The notes beneath the pieces are model-generated. The model was not told the origin of the DNA. It did no database searches and worked only from the letters and a program-made list of their open reading frames with translations. This document shows, one piece after another, positions 46,739 to 58,952 of a DNA stretch of 64,000 nucleotides. This stretch comes from Eubacterium sp. CAG:841 (GTDB lineage Bacteria; Bacillota; Clostridia; Oscillospirales; CAG-272), in assembly GCA_000437375.1 (NCBI GenBank), contig FR898237.1, positions 7-64,006 of the forward strand, written 5' to 3'. How positions within the stretch are numbered: the stretch's first letter is position 1; every line of letters starts with the position of its first letter. Position numbers and translations under genes: made by a program.

Positions 46739-47272
46739 AAATACCAAAAATTTTTCAAGTTAAAAAACTATAATAAAGTTTTCCACACAATGTTGAAAAA
46801 ATGTTGAAAACCTTTTGCGGTCAAGCTTTTTTCTGTATAAAAAACTGTTGAAAATCCGGTGTAAACAATTTTGAATTTTAACACCGGAATATAAATACAG
46901 CCGAAAATACAAGCTTTTTCTAATCTCGCTCCGATGCGTTACCGTTATTACAATTTTAGATTTTATTGGAACTACAATTTTTCTCCGCAGAGTGTTTTCC
47001 ACAAGTTTTAAGTTATAAACAAAAAGTTTTGCCTTGTTTTCAACATTTTGAAAACGTGAAAAAAGTTATCCGCTTTTTCAACAAATAATAAAAAGTGTTT
47101 CAACAGATATTTAAGAAATTTCAAAAGGAATTTTTCAAGACACGGCGCGGATATTTCGGATTTTCAACAAATTCCGGCTCACTACTTCTACTTCTGCTTC
47201 CTTTATTTCTTATCTTTTCTTCTTAAAGAAAAAATTTTTTCAGAAAAATAAAAAACATGAAAGGATAAAAAC
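46739..47272. other. Probable oriC (dnaA-dnaN spacer)
   Basis: TTTTCCACA at 46779-46787 and 46995-47003. TTATCCGCT at 47066-47074. Seven TTTTCAACA/TGTTGAAAA 9-mers. GC cluster 47174-47178, a 3-nt-periodic tract 47182-47199 and an AT-rich run 47201-47260 abut dnaN. Confidence 0.75.
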
Positions 47273-48448
47273 ATGAAAATCACATTCCAGAAAGAGATGC
47301 TCCTGCTCTGTATCCAGCGCTCGCTCGGATGCGTTTCATCGGAAAAGACTTACGGCGCAATAGAAGGTATTCTCCTTTCAAGCGTAGGCTCGGACAAGTG
47401 TATGATCTGCGCTTACGACCTTGAAAAAGGTGTAAAAACAACAATAGACGCAAAAGTCCATGAAGGCGGCGCAGCCGTTATAAACGGAGCCAAGCTTGCT
47501 TCGGTTGTAAAATTCATGCCTTCCGATATCACTATCGAAACGGGCGACGGCAATTTCGCCACGATATCAAGCGGACGTTCAAAATTCCAGCTTCATTATC
47601 TTCCGGGCGAAGAATTCCCGCAGATACCCGAATTCTCTCCCGAAAGAAGCTTTACGGTAACACAGTCAAAGATAAAATCAATGATAAACCGCACAGCGTT
47701 TGCAATAAGTCATGACGACAACGGCAGACCGGCGCTCACGGGTCTTTATTTTGAAGTTGAAGGCGACAGGATCAAAACCGTCGCTTGCGACAGCTTCCGT
47801 CTTGCGATAAGAGTAAACAAATGCGAAACAAACATAGACTCCAAAACAGGCGAAACTGAGCTTAAATTTATTGTTCCCGGAAAAACGATAAACGAAATAT
47901 CCCGTCTGCTTGACGACACCGACGAAAAGATAAAGTTTTCGCTTACAAAAAAGCACATCATCTTTTCTCTCGGTATGCGCTACGGCGACGACATAAAAGA
48001 AACGGTGCTTTTCTCACGTCTTATAGACACGGCGTATATGGAATACGAAAGATTTATCCCGAAAGAAAGCAAAACATTTGTAACGGTTGATAAAAATATG
48101 CTTGAAGACGCGCTTGAAAGAGCTTCCCTTGTAACAGAGGACAGGGCGGTAGGACAGTCAAAGAGCATTGTTAAGTTCAAAGTAGAGGATGAAATTCTTC
48201 ACATTTCGGCAGTTTCCATAAACGGAAAGGTATTTGACGAGATCCCCGTTGAAAAGAAGGGTCCCGATATGGAAATAGGTTTCTCGTGCAAATACCTTAT
48301 AGAAATCCTTCGCGCGTGCGGAACGGATATCCTCAAGCTCTCTCTTACATCGTCTCTTATGAGTATGATAATCGAAGGAAGCGGCGAAAGCGATAAAGAC
48401 GACAGCTTCATCTATCTTGCGCTTCCGATGAAGATGAGAGAAAACTGA
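47273..48448 (+). CDS. dnaN: DNA polymerase III beta sliding clamp
   Basis: Canonical position. Three-domain clamp-length protein (391 aa) beginning MKITFQKEMLLLCIQ.... Confidence 0.93.
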   Translation: MKITFQKEMLLLCIQRSLGCVSSEKTYGAIEGILLSSVGSDKCMICAYDLEKGVKTTIDAKVHEGGAAVINGAKLASVVKFMPSDITIETGDGNFATISSGRSKFQLHYLPGEEFPQIPEFSPERSFTVTQSKIKSMINRTAFAISHDDNGRPALTGLYFEVEGDRIKTVACDSFRLAIRVNKCETNIDSKTGETELKFIVPGKTINEISRLLDDTDEKIKFSLTKKHIIFSLGMRYGDDIKETVLFSRLIDTAYMEYERFIPKESKTFVTVDKNMLEDALERASLVTEDRAVGQSKSIVKFKVEDEILHISAVSINGKVFDEIPVEKKGPDMEIGFSCKYLIEILRACGTDILKLSLTSSLMSMIIEGSGESDKDDSFIYLALPMKMREN

Positions 48449-48452
48449 AAAT

Positions 48453-49571
48453 ATGTATCTTGACGTTGCCGTTTTTGAAAATTTCAGAAACATAGAACAT
48501 TTTCCGTTTACGTTTTCGCCCGGAATGAATATACTTTTCGGCGGAAACGCTCAGGGAAAAACGGCTGTTATCGAAGGTATTTATCTTTTTGCCGGCGGAA
48601 AGAGCTTTCGCCGCGCGAGAGATAAAGATATGATAAAAAACAATAAGGATTTTTCACAGATAAGCATTTCGTATACCGATGAAAAAAGAGAAAACAAAAT
48701 GTCGCTGAGGTATTTCCGCGAGCTGAAAAAAGAATGTTTTCTCAACGGCGTGAAAACGAAAAAAATGTCCGAATTTGTGGGGAACTTCAAGGCGGTGCTT
48801 TTCTGTCCCGAACATCTTGCGATCGTAAAGGACGAGCCTTCAGTCAGACGCGCTTTTATAGATTCGGCAATATCGCAGATAAAGCCTGCGTATCTCGGCG
48901 CACTGATAGAATACGGAAAGCTTACAGAACAGAAAAACGCTTTACTTAAAAATGCTGAAAATTACAGTATTTCTGCATTTGAAGATATGTATTCCGTGTA
49001 TTCGCAGAAAACAGCCGAAAGCTCGGCTTATATAACGTCAGTAAGAGCTGAATATCTCGGTCGGCTTTTTGAATATGTAAAAGCATTTCTTCTCGATATG
49101 ACGGACGGAAAAGAAACCGTAAGCTATGAATATATCTCAAACATATCGTGCGAAGGCTGTGACCTTTCCGACAGAGAAGAAAATGTAAAGAAGTATATCG
49201 AAACCATAAAAAACGGCGCAGAGCGCGAAAAGGCGGCAAAAACGTCTGTATTCGGCGCTCACAGAGACGATTTTGATATAAAGTTGCCGATAGGTTCAGC
49301 CAAGATATTCGCTTCGCAGGGTCAACAGAGAAGTATTGCACTTGCACTTAAGCTTGCGGAAGGCGAGCTTTGTCGCGAGGAAACCGGCGAATATCCGGTG
49401 TTTCTTTTCGACGATGTGCTTTCCGAGCTTGACAGAAGCAGAAAAAACTATGTTCTCGGCAGTCTTTCGGGAAAGCAGGTAATAGTTACGTCCTGTGACG
49501 AAGCCGATTTTTCGGATTGCGCAAACGCTTCTAAAATATACGTTGAAAACGGAAATTATTATTACAGATGA
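48453..49571 (+). CDS. recF: DNA replication/repair protein RecF
   Basis: Walker A GGNAQGKT, signature FASQGQQRS, Walker B LFDDVLSELD. Confidence 0.93.
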   Translation: MYLDVAVFENFRNIEHFPFTFSPGMNILFGGNAQGKTAVIEGIYLFAGGKSFRRARDKDMIKNNKDFSQISISYTDEKRENKMSLRYFRELKKECFLNGVKTKKMSEFVGNFKAVLFCPEHLAIVKDEPSVRRAFIDSAISQIKPAYLGALIEYGKLTEQKNALLKNAENYSISAFEDMYSVYSQKTAESSAYITSVRAEYLGRLFEYVKAFLLDMTDGKETVSYEYISNISCEGCDLSDREENVKKYIETIKNGAEREKAAKTSVFGAHRDDFDIKLPIGSAKIFASQGQQRSIALALKLAEGELCREETGEYPVFLFDDVLSELDRSRKNYVLGSLSGKQVIVTSCDEADFSDCANASKIYVENGNYYYR

Positions 49572-49577
49572 GGTTTT

Positions 49578-49829
49578 ATGTATCTCCACATAGGTAACGG
49601 AAAAATGATAAAAATGAAAGACATCGTAGGCATATTCGATTCGGATACAGCCACAGTGTCAAAAATAACGCGCTCATGGCTTTCCTCCGCCGAAAAGCGG
49701 GGCGGGCTTTTCTCAGCTTCGGGAGAAATACCGAAATCAATAGTTCTTGAATGCGGCGAAAAGGGAGAAAACGTTTATTTTTCACAGCTTTCGCCAAAAA
49801 CGCTCTGCCAGAGAGCCGAAAAGTATTAA
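49578..49829 (+). CDS. DUF370/RemB(YaaB)-like small protein
   Basis: MYLHIGNGKMIKMKDIVGIFDSD.... Sits in the canonical slot between recF and gyrB. Confidence 0.75.
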   Translation: MYLHIGNGKMIKMKDIVGIFDSDTATVSKITRSWLSSAEKRGGLFSASGEIPKSIVLECGEKGENVYFSQLSPKTLCQRAEKY

Positions 49830-51803
<1,974 letters not shown>

Positions 51804-51817
51804 GGAGGCGATGAAAG

Positions 51818-54364
51818 ATGGCACATAAAGACTACAAACCGGAAGATATAATGTATCCGAGCCAACACATCGTCAATACAGAGCTGGTAAAGGAAATGCA
51901 GAAATCCTTTATCGAATATGCGATGTCCGTAATAGTTGAAAGAGCTCTTCCCGACGTGCGTGACGGTCTTAAGCCCGTTCACAGAAGAATTCTTTACGCT
52001 ATGTATGAGGACGGTCTTACGCGCGACAAGCCGTACAGAAAATGTGCGACGGCAGTAGGCGACGTGCTAGGTAGATATCATCCGCACGGCGACGCTTCCG
52101 TTTATGACGCGCTCGTCCGTCTTGCACAGGATTTTTCAATGAGATATCCGCTTATAGACGGTCACGGAAACTTCGGCTCGATAGACGGCGACCCGCCCGC
52201 AGCATACCGTTATACGGAGGCAAGAATGTCCCGCATATCGGACGAGATGCTCCGCGATATAGAAAAAGAGACTGTCGATTGGTCGCCGAACTTCGACGAA
52301 ACAAGAAAAGAACCGAGGGTTCTTCCGTCAAGATTTCCCAACCTGCTTGTAAACGGCTCGTCCGGTATAGCGGTAGGTATGGCGACAAACATTCCTCCGC
52401 ACAATCTAAGGGAGGTAATAGGCGCGGCAATCTGCCTGCTCGATAATCCCGAAGCCACTCTTGACGAGCTTATGCAGCACATAAAGGGTCCCGATTTCCC
52501 GACAAGGGGAATAATTATGGGCAGAAGCGGTATAAGGCAGGCTTACGAAACGGGCAGAGGAAGAATTATCGTCCGCGCAAGATGTCACTTTGAAGAATAC
52601 GGCAAGGATAAGAGAGAAAGAATCATCGTAACGGAGCTTCCTTATCAGGTGAATAAGAGAATGCTCATAGCGTCGATCGCCGACCTTGTAAAGGACAAGC
52701 GTATAGAAGGAATATCGGATCTCCGCGACGAAACCGACAGAACCGGTATGAGAATAGTTATCGAAACGAAGAAGGATGCAAACGTTCAGGTGGTGTTAAA
52801 TCATCTTTACACTATGACCTCGCTTCAGACTTCATTTGCGATAAATATGCTCGCGCTGGTTGATGATCAGACTCAGCCGAGAATACTTTCGCTGAGACAT
52901 ATCCTTTCGGAATATATCAAATTTCAGGAAGAACTTATCGTCCGCAGAACGCGCTTTGATCTTCGCAAGGCAGAGGAAAGAGCGCACATACTTGAAGGCT
53001 TGCTTATAGCGGAAGAAAATATCGACGCTATCATAAAGACCATCCGCGAATCGTATGACGACGCCAAAGAAAACCTTATGGCGAAGTTTAATTTAAGCGA
53101 TCCGCAGGCGAGCGCAATACTTGAAATGCGCTTAAAACAGCTTCAGGGACTTGATCGCCTCAAACTCGAGGAGGAATATAAGGCGCTTGAAGCAAAGATA
53201 GCCGATTTCAAGGACATTCTTGCAAATCCCGAAAGAGTAAAACAGACGCTCAAGGAAGAAATGACGGTTATCTCCGACAAATACGGGGACGACCGCTACA
53301 CCGAAATTCAGGATTCGGTGGACGATATAGACGACGAAGATCTCATAGAACGTCACGACTGCGTCATAACAATGACGTGCAGCGGCTATATCAAGAGAAA
53401 TCCCGTAGATACCTATTCCGCCCAGAACAGAGGCGGTAAAGGCATTGTCGGTATGACAACAAAGGAAGAGGATGCGATCAAGGACGTTATGGTCGTTCAT
53501 TCGCACAGTTATCTTCTTATGTTCACATCAGCCGGCAAAGTATATATGAAAAAAGCCTACCAGATCCCCGAAGCTTCCCGCACGGCAAAGGGAACGAACC
53601 TTGTGAACGTTCTTGAACTTGCCGAAGGCGAAAAGGTCACATCTATAGTTTCGCTTAACGGATTTGACGACGACGAATATTTCGTAATGGTCACAAAGAA
53701 GGGCGTTATCAAGAGAGCTTCCACAAAAGACTTTGAGTATCAGCGCAAGGGCGGAAAGATAGCTATAAACCTTGATGAAGGCGATGAGCTTCTTGCCGTT
53801 AAGAAAACGGAAGGCGAAAGCGATATCATAATTGCCACAAGAAAGGGCAAGGCCGTACGCTTTGATGAAAAGGATGCCCGCGTTATGGGCAGAACCGCAA
53901 GGGGCGTAAGGGGTATCAGGCTCAAGGGGGACGATGATGTTGTCGGAGTTTCGGTTGTGGAAGAAGGCAAAAAGCTCATAACCATAACCGAAAAAGGCTT
54001 TGGAAAGAGAAACGATTTCGATTGCTTCTCGGCTCACAGTCGCGGTACAATGGGCGTTATCTGCCACAAGCTTACCGCAAAGACGGGCGAACTTGCCGGA
54101 ATCGCAGCCGTTTCCGAAGATGACGACATAATGGTAATAACAAACGAAGGAACAATAATCCGTATGGCGGTAAGCAGTATTCCCGTTTACGGCAGCGGAA
54201 GTACGTCCGGCGTTATAGTCATGCGTCTTGACGGCGAGGCAAAGATAGTAAACTTTGCCGTAACAAAATCAGAAAAAGAAGAAGAAACAGAAAATACGGA
54301 AGGCGAAGCTGCTGCAGAAGCGGTATCTCGCGCAGAAGGAGAAAACCCTCCCGAAAATGAATAA
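51818..54364 (+). CDS. gyrA: DNA gyrase subunit A
   Basis: [27 protein letters not shown], the QRDR segment [17 protein letters not shown], and an active-site [10 protein letters not shown]-type region. Confidence 0.97.
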   Translation: MAHKDYKPEDIMYPSQHIVNTELVKEMQKSFIEYAMSVIVERALPDVRDGLKPVHRRILYAMYEDGLTRDKPYRKCATAVGDVLGRYHPHGDASVYDALVRLAQDFSMRYPLIDGHGNFGSIDGDPPAAYRYTEARMSRISDEMLRDIEKETVDWSPNFDETRKEPRVLPSRFPNLLVNGSSGIAVGMATNIPPHNLREVIGAAICLLDNPEATLDELMQHIKGPDFPTRGIIMGRSGIRQAYETGRGRIIVRARCHFEEYGKDKRERIIVTELPYQVNKRMLIASIADLVKDKRIEGISDLRDETDRTGMRIVIETKKDANVQVVLNHLYTMTSLQTSFAINMLALVDDQTQPRILSLRHILSEYIKFQEELIVRRTRFDLRKAEERAHILEGLLIAEENIDAIIKTIRESYDDAKENLMAKFNLSDPQASAILEMRLKQLQGLDRLKLEEEYKALEAKIADFKDILANPERVKQTLKEEMTVISDKYGDDRYTEIQDSVDDIDDEDLIERHDCVITMTCSGYIKRNPVDTYSAQNRGGKGIVGMTTKEEDAIKDVMVVHSHSYLLMFTSAGKVYMKKAYQIPEASRTAKGTNLVNVLELAEGEKVTSIVSLNGFDDDEYFVMVTKKGVIKRASTKDFEYQRKGGKIAINLDEGDELLAVKKTEGESDIIIATRKGKAVRFDEKDARVMGRTARGVRGIRLKGDDDVVGVSVVEEGKKLITITEKGFGKRNDFDCFSAHSRGTMGVICHKLTAKTGELAGIAAVSEDDDIMVITNEGTIIRMAVSSIPVYGSGSTSGVIVMRLDGEAKIVNFAVTKSEKEEETENTEGEAAAEAVSRAEGENPPENE

Positions 54365-54395
54365 AAAATCTTTATTTTAAGAAAGGGTTTCCGAA

Positions 54396-55535
54396 ATGAA
54401 AGCAACAAAAAAGAAAGAAAGCGCATCTGTTCCCGCAAGCTCGGAGGAAAAAAAGAAAGCGCTTGCAACAGCCCTTGCACAGATTGAAAAGGATTTCGGC
54501 AAAGGCACTATTATGAAACTCGGCGAAAATTCGCATATGAATGTTGAAGCTATCCCCACGGGATCGCTTACGCTTGACCTTGCTCTAGGCATAGGCGGTG
54601 TTCCGCGCGGCAGAATAATTGAAATATTCGGACCGGAATCCTCCGGTAAAACGACGGTTGCCCTGCATATTGCGGCAGAGGTTCAGAAAATGGGCGGCGA
54701 GGCTGCGTTTATCGACGCCGAACACGCTCTTGACCCCGTGTATGCGAAGGCGCTCGGCGTGAATATCGACAGTCTGCTCGTTTCTCAGCCCGATTCGGGC
54801 GAGCAGGCGCTTGAAATAACCGAAGCGCTTGTGCGCTCCGGCGCGGTGGATGTTGTCGTTGTTGACTCGGTTGCGGCGCTTGTCCCTCAACAGGAGATAG
54901 ACGGCGTTATGGGTTCAAGCCATGTGGGTCTTCAGGCAAGACTGATGTCTCAGGCACTGCGTAAGCTGTCCGGCTCGATAGCAAAAACGAATTGCGTTGT
55001 CATCTTTATAAACCAGCTCCGTGAAAAGGTCGGCGTTATGTACGGAAATCCCGAAACAACGCCCGGCGGCAGAGCGCTTAAATTCTATGCCTCTGTAAGA
55101 ATAGACGTAAGAAAATCCGAAACGCTGAAGCAGGGAAGCGAAACCTACGGCAATAAAGTCAAATGCAAGGTAGTAAAGAACAAGGTTGCGCCGCCTTTCA
55201 AGGTTGCGGAATTTGATATTATTTACGGAAAAGGCATTTCAAAGGTGGGCGAGGTGCTTGATATAGGCACGGATGTCGGCGTTATTCAGAAGAGCGGATC
55301 GTTTTTCTCGTACAATGGAGAAAAGCTCGGTCAGGGCAAGGAAAAAGCGAAAGCCGCGCTCGAAGCTGATCCCAAGCTTCTTGCCGAAATCGAAGCAAAA
55401 ATAAAAGCAAAGAGCGACGATATCGATCTTACCGCAGATCCGGAAGAAGCATATTCGCTTGAAGACGATGAGGATGACGGTGGCGATGAATTCGATATCC
55501 GCGTGCTTGACGTAAGCGCAGACGACGACAAATGA
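54396..55535 (+). CDS. recA: Recombinase RecA
   Basis: [13 protein letters not shown], Walker [10 protein letters not shown], and a long acidic C-terminal tail. Confidence 0.97.
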   Translation: MKATKKKESASVPASSEEKKKALATALAQIEKDFGKGTIMKLGENSHMNVEAIPTGSLTLDLALGIGGVPRGRIIEIFGPESSGKTTVALHIAAEVQKMGGEAAFIDAEHALDPVYAKALGVNIDSLLVSQPDSGEQALEITEALVRSGAVDVVVVDSVAALVPQQEIDGVMGSSHVGLQARLMSQALRKLSGSIAKTNCVVIFINQLREKVGVMYGNPETTPGGRALKFYASVRIDVRKSETLKQGSETYGNKVKCKVVKNKVAPPFKVAEFDIIYGKGISKVGEVLDIGTDVGVIQKSGSFFSYNGEKLGQGKEKAKAALEADPKLLAEIEAKIKAKSDDIDLTADPEEAYSLEDDEDDGGDEFDIRVLDVSADDDK

Positions 55536-56182
55536 AAATAACAATTGAAAAGATAACGCCCGTAAGAGAGGGTGAAGCGGTTCTGCTGAAGATCACTCTT
55601 ACGGACGGTATCAATGTCGAACAAACCGGAGGCGAGATCGCCTCCGATCTGTTCTTTGATATGGGTTTTCCCATGTCGGCGGGCGAGGGAATTGAAATAA
55701 GCCGTGAAAAGTATGAAGCGCTGGAGGATGCGACAGCACTTACCTCCGCAATAAAAAAAGGTGCGGAGCTTATCGGTTTTGCACAGAACACGAAAAAGGG
55801 ACTTGTATCAAAGCTTATTCACAGGGGATTTTCAAAGGATATTTCTTCCCGCGCGGCAGATTATCTTGAAAACGTCGGATATATTGACGAGCGAACGCAA
55901 GCGGAGCAGCTTTGTTCGGAGCTTGCGGAAAGACGTCTTTACGGAAAGTCGCGCATAAAAAACGAGCTTTACGGAAAAGGTTTTTCGGATGAGGCGATAA
56001 ATGCCGCAATGCAACTTGAACTTGACTTTGATGCGATCTGTGCGGAGAGAATCGAAAAAACCGTAAACATCTCGGATTTCGCGGATAAAGTAAAGTGTCG
56101 GAAAACAGTGGCATCTCTTATGCGTTACGGCTTTTCGGTTCAGAACATAAAAAATGCGCTCGTTATCTTAAAAAACGAATAA
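55532..56182 (+). CDS. recX: RecA regulator RecX
   Basis: ATGA overlap with the recA stop. Repeated three-helix modules (…[26 protein letters not shown]…). Confidence 0.8.
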   Translation: MKITIEKITPVREGEAVLLKITLTDGINVEQTGGEIASDLFFDMGFPMSAGEGIEISREKYEALEDATALTSAIKKGAELIGFAQNTKKGLVSKLIHRGFSKDISSRAADYLENVGYIDERTQAEQLCSELAERRLYGKSRIKNELYGKGFSDEAINAAMQLELDFDAICAERIEKTVNISDFADKVKCRKTVASLMRYGFSVQNIKNALVILKNE

Positions 56183-56199
56183 AAAACGCCCCGATATCT

Positions 56200-56263
56200 A
56201 TCTGAAATTGAATATAAAAAAACGCCCCGATATCGGGGCGTTTTTTTATATTCAATTTCAGAT
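56200..56263. terminator. 64-bp perfect palindrome / bidirectional terminator between recX and mrnC
   Basis: atctgaaattgaatataaaaaaacgccccgat | atcggggcgtttttttatattcaatttcagat. The two 32-nt halves are exact reverse complements. The core is a GC hairpin flanked by A- and T-runs. Confidence 0.85.
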
Positions 56264-56629
56264 ATCCGAATAAGCTGCGGAGAAAAGCTCTCGTGCTCTT
56301 TCGGTTTTTCCGGAAAGATGAAGCCATCCGAAAACAGCTTCAAAGCCTGTTGCGCGGTGATACTGTCCCGGAGTGGAATGCTTAGGTGTAGTCTTGGTTT
56401 TATGGTTTCTGCCAAGACGATAGACGGTTGTTTCTTCATCGCTTAAAAGCGGAAGAATGTTTTCAAGGCGCAGGCTTTGCGCTTCTGCACAAACAAGCTT
56501 CTGCGCCATAGCGCTCAGCGTTCCGGTGTCCGAAATGCCGGAGGAGGCAAGTTTTTCTCTTATGTATACTTCAAGCACCGCGTCGCCTACATAGGCATAT
56601 ACGGCAGCGGAACAATCCTGGTTATTCAA
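56258..56629 (-). CDS. mrnC: Mini-ribonuclease 3
   Basis: AAVYAYVGDAVLEVYIRE, EAQ..., ...RLGRN...YHRATGFEAVFGWLHL. Start taken as the TTG at 56629 (GGAGG 9 nt upstream); an alternative TTG is at 56665. Confidence 0.85.
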   Translation of the reverse strand: MNNQDCSAAVYAYVGDAVLEVYIREKLASSGISDTGTLSAMAQKLVCAEAQSLRLENILPLLSDEETTVYRLGRNHKTKTTPKHSTPGQYHRATGFEAVFGWLHLSGKTERARELFSAAYSDI

Positions 56630-57182
56630 GCGGTTTTTCCTCCGATTTGCGTTTTTTGAAAACAAGCAGCTTGCTTATTATATAATTGCAGATAATGACA
56701 ACTACGGCTGCCACTACTTTTGAAAGTATTTCGGCAAGGTTGCGCTCTTTTCCGAGCAGGAATACCGCAACAAGCGACGGAAAAAGCTTTGCAAGCGCAA
56801 ACGTTCCGGCAAAGGTTATAACATAGTCAAGTCCGAATGTCACAAGGCGCGAACCTGCAAATGTAACAAGCTGTTTTCCTGTTGAAACGCTTTGGTCAGC
56901 CGTTGTAAACACCCATTTTTTGTTCGTAAAGAACGCAAAAAGCACGGCGCATATCCATTGAATTACCTGTGCGGCGGTATATATTGCAATATATTTTCCG
57001 CTCGATACATCATCTGTGGGAATGGCGAAGACCGCTCTGCCTGCGGCGAGGATTCCGTAATAGACAGCCCAACCTACAAGTGTGGTAAGCACACCGAAGA
57101 TGAGATACATTATTATCTCACGGTATTTCGTAAGATGAAGTCCGTCAATTATTCTGTCTAAAAAGTTCTTTTTTTCTTTCAT
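56622..57182 (-). CDS. GtrA-family membrane protein
   Basis: Four-TM GtrA-like layout: ...YLIFGVLTTLVGWAVYY...FFTNKKWVF...FAGSRLVTFGLDY.... Confidence 0.75.
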   Translation of the reverse strand: MKEKKNFLDRIIDGLHLTKYREIIMYLIFGVLTTLVGWAVYYGILAAGRAVFAIPTDDVSSGKYIAIYTAAQVIQWICAVLFAFFTNKKWVFTTADQSVSTGKQLVTFAGSRLVTFGLDYVITFAGTFALAKLFPSLVAVFLLGKERNLAEILSKVVAAVVVIICNYIISKLLVFKKRKSEEKPLE

Positions 57183-57772
57183 TTGTTTTCAGCCTCTGCT
57201 TTAAGTTTTTCCGTCGCTTTTTCATATTCGTCGCGAGTGACGGTAAGATTTATCGCTTCTATAAGTGCGCTGCATGATAAATTTACCGGAAGTCCGAGAA
57301 GCCGCGCAAGAACTTTGCGTTTTTCCGAGCTGTCCTTTCCGCCCGAAAGCCCCATAAGGTAAAAATCCGTTTTGGTTACCATAGGAACCGGACGCGGTGC
57401 TCCGCCCGAAAACGGCTCGAGCGCTTTGCACAGCCATTCTCTGTCCATTCCCTCAACGCCGAGAAGTCCTTCTTTTGACGGTGCCGCTTTGCGTTTTTCT
57501 TTTCCCTTTATTTCAGGGGTGTAAATATCAAAAACAAGGTGGGGAGGAAGTATTCCGTGAATGTAGTTTCGTATTACAAGTCCGGCGCCGTCGCTGTCTG
57601 TAAGGACGATAACTCCTCCCCCGGCGGCAAGCCTGCGGATAAGCGCCGCTTTTTCATCCTTTTTGAATATTCCGAAGCCCTCTGTTGTGATGACGGTCGC
57701 CTTTGCGACCGAAAGCACACGTTCGCGGTCGTATTTGCCTTCTACTATTATCGGTAATGAAATGTAAAGCAT
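57179..57772 (-). CDS. Toprim-domain protein, RNase M5 (RnmV)-like
   Basis: PIIVEGKYDRERV... and ...VLTDSDGAGLVIRNYI are Toprim acidic motifs. Its stop overlaps the GtrA start (ATGA). Confidence 0.65.
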   Translation of the reverse strand: MLYISLPIIVEGKYDRERVLSVAKATVITTEGFGIFKKDEKAALIRRLAAGGGVIVLTDSDGAGLVIRNYIHGILPPHLVFDIYTPEIKGKEKRKAAPSKEGLLGVEGMDREWLCKALEPFSGGAPRPVPMVTKTDFYLMGLSGGKDSSEKRKVLARLLGLPVNLSCSALIEAINLTVTRDEYEKATEKLKAEAENK

Positions 57773-57774
57773 CT

Positions 57775-58863
57775 TCAGCCTCGCAAAGATTTCGGAGTAT
57801 ATATTTCAGCCGCGAGCTTATCAAGCAGAACCCATTTGTCTGTCTGAGTGCTTTTAAGCGCGACGTCTGTTCTGTAATCCAGAAGAACGGCGTTTTCTAT
57901 AACGGAAAGCGGCACGTTCTCAACAGAGCGGGCGACTATTCTTGCCCGATACTCATTCATTCCGAGAGCTTTTGCCGCTGCAGTGACGGATAATCCTGAC
58001 ATAAGCGCAGTTTTCATTTTAAGCATTTCGGAATATATTTTTCCGAGCTTTGCAATAACCGAAACGGGTTCTTCTCTCATATCGCGACAGAAGTCAAACA
58101 CCGCGAGCATTTCCCGAAGGTTCCACTTTGCCGCCGCGTTTGACATTGCAAACGGCATATCGTCCTTTGCGTTCTGAACGCACACCGTGCGGACATCCTC
58201 CTCCGTTATCGGAGTTGCCTCCCCTGTCACGGCGTAGTTTTTATATGCCGCGAGTTTTTCCGTTTCGGAAAGTATGGCGAGCATACGTCCGCTGCAAAGA
58301 CTTATAAGCGCCAAAGCGCCTTCGTCGGTCAGATAAAGCCTTTTGTCCTTATCCGATATAAGTTTTTTTGCCCAGGTTACAAGCTTGCCTTCGGAAAGAA
58401 GGTCAAATTTTACGAATTTTGCTACGGGCGACAGCTTTTTATAAAGTGCCGTCTGTTCGAAGCGGTAATCGGCGTCAAGCTCGTCGGAACGGAAATTAAG
58501 TATGACCACAGCGTCTCCGGAGCCGCCGGAAAGTGCGCCGGCAAGTGCGTCGATTGCCGTAGCCCTGCCTGCGAGAGAGGAAAGGTCGCACACCTCGATC
58601 AAGGTATGCTCCTGCATCATCGGCGAAGCAAAAAGTGCGTCCGTAAGCGAAGAAAGTCCGCTTTTCTCATCCGAAAACGATATATTGAAGCGGTTGAAAA
58701 TTTCAAAGCCTTCGGCTGTCATAACGACTTTTGCTATGCGCTCCGACCATACGGTTTTAAGGTAGTCCTCTTCGCCGAAAAACACAAGCGTTTCGGATTT
58801 TCCCGCGCGAACAATCTCTCCGAGCGCATCTGGAGAAAGTATTTTGCTTTCTGCTTTCGCCAT
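57775..58863 (-). CDS. holA: DNA polymerase III delta subunit
   Basis: Trimmed to the ATG at 58863 (RBS AAAGGAGG). HolA-like length and sequence (…LVFFGEEDYLK…). Confidence 0.8.
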   Translation of the reverse strand: MAKAESKILSPDALGEIVRAGKSETLVFFGEEDYLKTVWSERIAKVVMTAEGFEIFNRFNISFSDEKSGLSSLTDALFASPMMQEHTLIEVCDLSSLAGRATAIDALAGALSGGSGDAVVILNFRSDELDADYRFEQTALYKKLSPVAKFVKFDLLSEGKLVTWAKKLISDKDKRLYLTDEGALALISLCSGRMLAILSETEKLAAYKNYAVTGEATPITEEDVRTVCVQNAKDDMPFAMSNAAAKWNLREMLAVFDFCRDMREEPVSVIAKLGKIYSEMLKMKTALMSGLSVTAAAKALGMNEYRARIVARSVENVPLSVIENAVLLDYRTDVALKSTQTDKWVLLDKLAAEIYTPKSLRG

Positions 58864-58952
58864 AAGAAGCCTCCTTTCTGCATTTGCGTGGAAATAAATG
58901 GGGTTTTCCCCACTTTCCACAAAGTTATCAACATTTTCGTATTACTGCGGCG

